Program-made: the position numbers and the translations under genes
Assembly: GCA_951804945.1 (NCBI GenBank)
Contig: OX638159.1
Coordinates: 24,676,001 to 24,740,000, forward strand
Length of the DNA stretch: 64,000 nucleotides
Direction: 5' to 3'
Source of the DNA: Podarcis cretensis
Taxonomy: Eukaryota
Notes under the pieces: model-generated
What the model was told of the DNA's origin: nothing
What the model saw: the letters and a program-made list of their open reading frames with translations, nothing else
Database searches by the model: none
Shown: piece by piece, positions 62,523 through 64,000 of the stretch
How positions within the stretch are numbered: position 1 is the first letter of the stretch
Layout of the letters: each line of letters opens with the position of its first letter

Positions 62523-62561
<39 letters not shown>
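62445..62561 (+). mobile_element. L2-clade LINE extreme 3' end with (AAT)n/(GAT)n tail
   Basis: gttgggagccacccagagtggctggggtaacccagatgggtgg followed by the microsatellite. Confidence 0.8.
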
Positions 62562-63149
62562 CAATTTTTGGTGACACAGGGATGCTTGTCAGTTTCTCTC
62601 GAAGTCTGGTTCCAGCTGTATATCTCTCATCTGAACTCAGTTCAGTTCATAGCCTCAGTTTCATAGCATTTTCCTTCCCCCTCTTAGGACATGTACATCG
62701 AATGAGATTTGCAGTTCATGGGAAAAAATGTTTGGTAAACAAGTTCACAGACTGACCCTCGCATAGGAAGGAGTTCTAACATTGTTGCAGTTCAAGGGTA
62801 GCATGCTTGATTTGAGCTTTTGCAAAATGTTTATTGCATGCTTGTCTCACTTCTAACCTTTGGAAACCTAAATCAAATACCATTTTTGAGCTGCTGTCTG
62901 GCGCATGAAGAAAACTCTCCTTATTTTGACCCAGTATTACATTTGCAGAGATGAAAGCTTTCGTCGGAATTGCCAGCATCACCTCAATCTATTGGCTGCC
63001 TACAAAAATAGGCAAGAAAAGAAAAAGAAATGCAACGGTGTTCATACAATTCAAAGCCTCCCCTGCCAAAAGCATTATTCTAGGAAAGGCCCGGTTGATA
63101 AAGTTATATCACTTTAACGAAGTGCACTATAAGCAAGTAGACTTTAAGA

Positions 63150-63590
63150 CACTGCCGATTTGCTCTCAGGCCAGGTTTAAGGTTCTTATGTGAATTTCCA
63201 AAGCCCAAAAGATATTGGGCTCAAAGTATCTTAAGGAGCACCTGGTCCCTTGATGGTCTACCTTGATCACTGAGATCCTCTGATGGGGCATATCTGGTGG
63301 GTTTCCACACCTCTGAGGTTTGGTTGGCCTTCACGAGGGATGAAGCCTTTAATAGGGTGGGCCGTGCTCTGTAGAAACTCCCAGAAGAGTTTCAGAAGAA
63401 GTCATCTCTGCCTTCCTTTCGATGCCTTCTGAAAACAGAATGGTTTAGACAGGTATTTGCAGTGCGATTCGTTGTTGTTTTTTAAGCTACCAGCATTTAC
63501 TGATGCTTTTACTAATTTCATTATAATCTTGTATGCTGTAGATCACCTTGTTACACTTCCATGAAAGTGGATTATAAATACTTGAATAAA
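63150..63590 (+). mobile_element. Old L2 LINE 3' fragment
   Basis: tttaaggttcttatg...aaagccc...ttgggc...tatcttaaggagcacct...ctgagatcctctg...gcctttaat...ctgaaaacagaatggtttagacaggtattt. Confidence 0.65.
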
Positions 63591-63699
63591 CAAGTAAGAA
63601 AATAAGAAAAACCTTTCAAATCTTACTAGATGTGGTACCAATGCTGAGTTACTAGAAGCCAATTTCCTTGGCAGTTCATGACAAGCTCTTCCTTGGTCC

Positions 63700-63835
63700 C
63701 AGGGCTTTGTTTCAGCTGGAACTCATTGGAACTCAGTTCCGACATCTCTCAGGTGTGTGGCATTGCCATTATAAGACAACAAGGAAGGCGTTCGTGATGA
63801 GTTCTAGTATCTCCTTTTTTAGAAAAATAGCACTG
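63700..63835. mobile_element. hAT-type MITE
   Basis: TIR-like ends cagggctttgtttc / gaaaaatagcactg, internal ggaactc...gagttc. Confidence 0.7.
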
Positions 63836-64000
63836 CAGTTGGTCCCATTTCAGTGTTAGTTCCATAAACCTGGAACAATTTGTAAGGTGCAATATGTCAT
63901 TGTGTTACAAATTTATTATAGCTCTGTTTCATTCTTGCTCTCATGGGCATATACAAGGGCAAGGCAAGAGGGACAACTCCCCACATCCTGGATGAACCTG

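Noticed and set aside
62343-62755. Poly-His, poly-Met and poly-Asp ORFs
   Set aside because: Translations of the (AAT)/(GAT) microsatellite in an L2 tail.

Overview
Vertebrate nuclear DNA from a squamate reptile, very probably a lacertid lizard, judged from several Sauria/Squam1 SINE subfamilies plus squamate-type L2 and CR1 fragments and hAT and Tc1/mariner MITEs. The only protein-coding gene I can support is the 3' part of EFNA5 (ephrin-A5) on the + strand. Positions 1-24676 are the distal part of intron 2; exons 1-2 lie upstream of the window. Exon 3 is at 24677-24742 ([21 protein letters not shown]). The terminal coding exon is at 32298-32419 (DTVHESAEPSRGENAAQRPRISSRLLATLLFLLAMLLTL*, the GPI-anchor signal). 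A ~4.1 kb 3'UTR ends near AATAAA at 36472, and ~27 kb of gene-free sequence with candidate enhancers follows. The main oddity is that the canonical 81-nt alternative exon 4 is not visible. Where it is expected there is a strong 3' splice site followed by a frameshifted exon-4-like remnant, a 164-N assembly gap, and a GTGCGT donor with a downstream RBFOX motif. The exon-3 frame also stays open for 94 codons into the intron and encodes a transmembrane-like segment. Nearly all other listed ORFs are chance or repeat-derived. I found no prokaryotic-type system (CRISPR, operon, etc.). Repeat-family names and orthologue comparisons are from recall, not from database searches.
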